A stretch of DNA of 64,000 nucleotides from Eutreptiella sp. 'Long Island Sound 2002' (taxonomy: Eukaryota > Protista > Euglenida), in NCBI GenBank assembly GCA_964036045.1, contig OZ038379.1:23932001-23996000 (forward strand), written 5' to 3'. Every line of letters begins with the position of its first letter. Positions within the stretch are counted from its first letter, which is position 1. The notes beneath the pieces are model-generated. The model searched no databases and was not told where the DNA came from. It worked only from the letters and a program-made list of their open reading frames with translations. A program made the translations under genes and the position numbers. Positions 58,621 through 64,000 of the stretch are shown here, piece after piece.

Positions 58621-61600
58621 GTGCGGCCAGACGCACCTGGTCCGTCAGCCCCAGACTTGAGGGCACGACTGGGTCAGCGATGTCTGACAATTATGTGGTG
58701 AGGGGCAGGGAACCCGGGATTCTGAATGTGGAGGAAGGTGGGGTTTGGAAAGCTTTTTGAACCCAACCCCCCTCCGACAAAGGCTATGGAGTATGCTACA
58801 CCATGGGGTGTTCTGCTGGAAATCCGGCACATCATCGGGCTGGGCTCATTGCATTCACAGACTGCCTCCTGGACTCTCTGCCTCGTTGTGCCACATATTC
58901 CTGTTTTCGGCTTCGGATGAGATCCAGGCCCTCCTCGTCTTGGGCTCAACACTGAAGGCTGTTGTCCACCCCGTCCATCTGGGTGGTGTCTCTTTGTGGG
59001 CAACAGCAGCAGTAACCCCCCCCCCTCCCCCCTCCGTGGAGGGGACACTATCAAAGAATGGGGCTCCAAGGGCCTACCACTTTTGGAGCCCTTTTTTGGG
59101 TGCCAGGCCCCTGGTGCCCTTTTCTGAAGGTCCCTGGTTGATGACCCTTGGAGACCTTCTCCTCAACGGCGGTCCCTGTGAGGAGATGGGCCGTCTCCTC
59201 CACAGCATCACCTTCCGACCCGCCCCGGAGATGTGGGGCTCCAAAAGGGCTCCCTACTACAGGCTAGAGGAGATCCGGGGCGAGTCTCGAAATCAACAGC
59301 ACTTGCCCCCCCCCCCCGGGGGGGGGGGGGGGGTGACTGAAGAGGCAGGATGATGACTGACTCGGGTACATGTGCACAGCAGCTCACACTTCAAGAGCAG
59401 TTGACGGCTGGTGGACAGGACAGACTGGACACACCGCTGACTCGCGCAAACAGGTTGTGGCCACAAACCAGGACCAATGACGGGGGCGGGGGTTTGGGTA
59501 CAGCTCCTGCAGCTGTGGTCACACGTGAGTGTCCCCCTTTTCGCCAAGACAGGCAGCAGGCGGCCAGTGGTACCTGGGATGTTATCCGTGTAGAAGATCT
59601 GTTCACTGAAGGTGTGCTCACAGACTTCCGCACCAACCCGTGTACCTGCCACAGTGGAAGCGAAAAATGGACAGATTGGTGCACAGGCTGCGTGGCGGGC
59701 GGAATTTCAACCCCCCCCTTTGCGCCAGCACATTGTTGGCGCACAAGGACGGTGGGACTATGCCCAGCGGTAACCTATGATGGTTCCACTGCACAAAAGA
59801 GAGGCAAACAGAACACACACAGGACACAGGAAACAAGAGACACAAGCCCCTGAGCAATAGCACCTTGCAATGGTTTCATGCTACGCGCCTCCACGCGTCT
59901 ACGCAGCTGAGACTAAAAAGAGCGTTCGACCCATGTGGGCAGCCCTCGATGGCATCAGAGAGACCATTTGTGAAAAGGACTGCATCTTGCTGCTATGTAC
60001 CCGAACCATGGCCCACACACTTGTGATACTTGCTGACAAGCAGCCTGCCCCCGTGCCCAGTAAGCAACGTACTCTGTATCGCGGCGGTACCACACTCACT
60101 GGTTTTGTTACTATGCATTTGTGTTCTTGGCTGCTCACCCTTCGTTCTGCAGGTGGTTCCACCCTCTGCCATGCACAGGGTGCGGATATGGGATGCAAAA
60201 CCAATAGAAAAAAACAAGCAGCAACGACTTCAATATAACTCACATGGACTTCAGTTCTTAGGTCAACAGTGCACAAACTGCAATATCCACAATTAGGCAG
60301 GTTACCCAAACTGGGCGCCGCAGGGGGGCAACGTGGCAACTTGGCAGCGCACCCCCCTGTGTACATGGTACGTGACTTATGGCATATGTGGTGAACGCAG
60401 TGTTTTCACACCACCAGCGTGAAACTACACGTGCGCGCGCACACACACACCTCGTTTGATGGTGCTGGCCGCGACATTGACCAAGCCAGCGAGTGCAGGA
60501 TTTTTCCATGCCCCCCTGCCTGCAACAGTTCCAAGGTGATAAATAACTCCCTGCAGATGTGGACAGTGCATTCAAGTAACCACAGCAGGAAGCAGTCAAA
60601 ATGTGAAGGCAAGCCAATCCCATTGGTGCCCACACCCAAATAACACCAAAAAGCGCCCCTGCATCAACATCTGCTGGAGGCTCAACCACCAACTCACCAT
60701 CAGCCCGTCCGGGTAGCAGCCCAATTTTTTTCCCGTTTGAGGTGAATGCCCTGGGAGCAGACGATGCGTTTGCACAGCAATCCAGATATATTGAGGTTGG
60801 ACGGAAACGCCGCTTAAAAAGGCCGCAAATCCAGGAGTTCAATCACGCTTTTGCCCCATTAATTGCCTATCACAGGTGCGGTTGTGGTGTCTCTGTTCAA
60901 CATTTAGGTGCAATTGTTCGACCTGCAGCATGTACCCACTGCGCACTTCCACATATCTGTTGCCAGCCACATTGTGGGTACGGACCAAAGCCTCAAAATT
61001 TTACGTCTTTCCTTTGTTCCCCCCACAAAGATCCAAACCCTAAACACCTGCACTGGACCACCAGACCCAAAACCAGGGGAGACGTCAGCAGAATACCTTT
61101 TTGTCTTGTGTTTCAGTGAAAGGAAATTCCTTGACGGTTTTGCCAGGGGGGACTCGGAGCGGTGCCGAAGCAGGAATGGGCGGGGCTGTTGGGGCGATCC
61201 TGCCCCCCTTGGCTCCTTTGCCCTTCCCTCCCTTGCTCGATGGTTGCGACGGGTGACTGGGCTGTGGTGCGCCGGGGACAAAACTGCCTCTTCCTGCATC
61301 TCCCTTGCCACCTGCAAATGGGGCGCCAAAGTGCAAACAATCCGATTGGAGACCTGCAATCTGGAGGCAGGGGGCATCACCTGCCGCCTCGAGCCCCGTC
61401 GATAAGAGTACTGCCGCAAACGACGAGGCAGGCCCCCCCTCACCGGACGCCAAGCTATGCCCACCCCTCTCCCCTGTGCCACGGGCCCCAGCTCAAAGCC
61501 TTGCGTGCCCACGACAGAGAACCTCCACACCTCCCATGGGTGGACCCAGTGGTGCTGGGACCCTTGGGCAGACTTTCCATCATTGCAACCCCATGCACCA

Positions 61601-62339
61601 TTCACGCGTGCCCACACTTGTTGTCTGTGAGTGCGTGCAGAGGATTCGCAAACATGAATAGATGGTCATTGCAATTAAATTGAGAGATGTCGACGATTTT
61701 TGCGAGGTGAGCGACTGAGTGCTTCAACGTTGCACTCCCAAAGGGAGGGTTGTTGCGGCTGTGGAGTGTTGTTGTGGGTCATATTAAATGCATTGTCCAG
61801 GGTTGTGGAGGAATGTTGACCAGGTTGTGGGCTTGGGGAGGCTGCGGAGGGCAGGCAGGAGGGAGGGGTTTGCAGCACCCATGACTTTCTTAACCGCCAC
61901 CACCTTTTTTCCCACTATCCCCTTGAAAAAAACAAGCATAGAAGCAAGCAGTCATGTGTTGCACAATGCACATATCCAGGCTTCCGCTTGAAAGGGGGGG
62001 GGGGGGGGGCAACCCTGACCCCCTTCTATCGGCTAAAGGTCAGCCGTGCTGACAGTTTTTGCTGCCATCCAAATGGGCCTCTGATTGGTTATAATCTGTC
62101 ACAAGCTTACATAAGCATTCATAAGCTGTTATAAGCTGTCATAGCTGAGGCCTCACCATGACGTCCTGTGGACGGGCAGGCGGCAAACATGTGGGCACTT
62201 TGCATATTTGCCGCCAGGGGAAAGAACACCGCAGTGAGGCAGACACAATTGACACAAAAAGGACCAGCACCTGCTTACAAACACTGGTCTCTGATTGAAT
62301 ATCTGGTCACGCTGCAGCCACAAGACGAGCTAGAGCAGA

Positions 62340-63100
62340 GGTGGGACACACACGCACACACGCACACGACACGGCAGAACACACCATAGCACACGACACC
62401 ACACCACACCACACCACACCACACTACACACACACACATAAACAAAGACACACACCAACTGACCACACATGCCATCAACTGACCATGCAGGAGGGTACTT
62501 ACTGGACCCCTGACTGGGAGGCATTTTCACGGGCCCTGCAAACGTTGCAGTAGGGGGGCCACTTTAGGGAGGGCCACCGCGCATGTCCAGCCCTACAGTG
62601 TCATCAACGTTGTAAGTGCCCCCTTGCACTAGACGACCAACCTCAATGTGCACATGGACACGGCAAACAAGGGCGATCCGGATGTGGCCCTTACCTGGCC
62701 GCTCTAACATCCGTATGCCAAGGTGTTGCCGCAGCCATCTAGGGACCAATGCGAGCGAGCACCCCCACAGAGCACCCCCACACATCCAAGAGTGGCTAGC
62801 CGAACAGGCAGCAGCCCCACAGGTGTGATCCACAAAGACCACTGGGAGTTCCACCACCAGCCAAGGCTTGGCCTCCCTGTGAACTGGTTCCACTCAGACG
62901 AGCAGTGGCATATCACTACACACTGCATGAGGAACTTGCCCACCATGGTAGTCTTGGTGGGGTGGAGCAAGCTGTGCTCTAGCATATGATGCTGGACACC
63001 ATGTGCATGCTCTGTGGATGCACATGCAAGCAGACCCAGTCTGCTAGAAGCGCCGGGACCTTTGAGGCAGTGCACTGCAGAAAACTGGCCCTAATCTCCA
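62340..63100 (+). mobile_element. (CACAC)n tract followed by a family-A-like LINE C-terminal fragment
   Basis: GLPVNWFHSDEQWHITTHCMRNLPTMVVL is similar to minus-strand GLPLNCLDTDQQRHISAHRMDNTPTMTVL at ~11020-11110. Confidence 0.55.
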
Positions 63101-64000
63101 ACCTCCCATCTCCACATTCATTTCCCTCAATTCACTTGCCTCCACTCCAGCCCTGAGAGCTAGTGGGGCAACCCCTGCAGGCCTAGGCTTCTGTGCGCAG
63201 GCGGAACCTTGGCAGCAATTTGTAGCATTGCCCCCCTATGGCTGGGGGGCAGCATTCCCGATTGGTAGAGGGCTGCACCCGGGTCTTCTGGCCATGCCAA
63301 CAGACAATAATGCACAGCACATCAAAATGGGTGCACCAATGAGGGGAAGAGGCTTTGTTGCATTGGGAGTGAGGAAGCTGCAAGAGAATGCTTTTTGCGC
63401 ACCACAGGGTTACAAAAACCTGATTTATTGCAGATTATTGAGGAAATGAACCATACAACTAAGAAACAATGCAAATTGATCTTTTGACACCGTCGCTCCA
63501 CCAATAAGATTACTACGCTTGGCTCAACGTGCCAGAGCGTGGATGTGAATCTCACCCTTCTAATGTGGTTCTGGAGGAGGGGCGTTACTCCCTCAGTCAG
63601 AAAAAGCAGAGCCCCAATACTACTTCTTTCCCCGTACCCCTTGGATCAAGCATCATGATCCCTCACTGCACATACCAACAAAATGCCCAGTCATGTTGCT
63701 CTCGCTAACTGAGCCTACAAACACAGTGCCTACTCCTGTCATTCTGCGGCGAATGCTTTCCTGAGTGCCTACTCCCATTGTTCTGTGGCAACTGCATTTG
63801 GTGAGGTTTAGCTTTGAGCACATGCATTTTTGGGTTTGGGCTCATGGCCGCTTTTCCAACCGCTGATGTCCACCCCAACCCCCCATATTAACTGGATCTT
63901 CCCCTCAAACACATCCCTACCCCTCCTTGTGTCATGGGCCACTGGGCTGCAGCCTTTCATCAAACAATTTCCACCTCCAGAGACCAGCACGCAGTTCAGG

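Noticed and set aside
63756-63771. CTTTCCTGAGTGCCTA resembling the Euglena spliced-leader exon
   Set aside because: Short imperfect match, not followed by the T-tract/GT donor of an SL RNA gene, and part of a local AGTGCCTACTCC repeat.

Overview
Eukaryotic, repeat-rich nuclear DNA (standard code, short GT-AG introns). The satellite style recalls euglenoid (Eutreptiella/Euglena-like) sequence, but that is from memory and unverified. From left to right the window holds a pogo/Fot1-transposase-derived ORF with a PHD finger (548-2368) and an intronless GNAT acetyltransferase with a frameshift (4713-5652). Next comes one large multi-exon CAMK-like Ser/Thr kinase gene (~5.9-43.7 kb, + strand) with a 30.3-kb intron. 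That intron is filled by head-to-tail antisense L1/Tx1-like retroelements and 12.5 kb of 47-bp and 94-bp satellite. The right third is mostly decayed retroelements and microsatellites. Main discovery: the kinase gene is scrambled. Two adjacent blocks, 8591-9962 and 9963-10170, each lie inverted in place. Flipping each restores a GTGAG donor, a chain of phase-compatible GT-AG introns and a stop-free frame across the kinase N-lobe (YKVAQPLR|TGKLGTVYK...AVK...EIEIL...RLFDAFL|SDCAVFLVLEY). Two of the three joins fall mid-exon without splice sites, and all three sit directly 3' of CAC-N2-3-CGG. The inverted block also holds a perfect 68-bp tandem duplication that can be spliced out as a GT-AG intron. 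Whether this is a programmed or invertible system, a one-off complex rearrangement or an assembly artefact cannot be decided from sequence alone.
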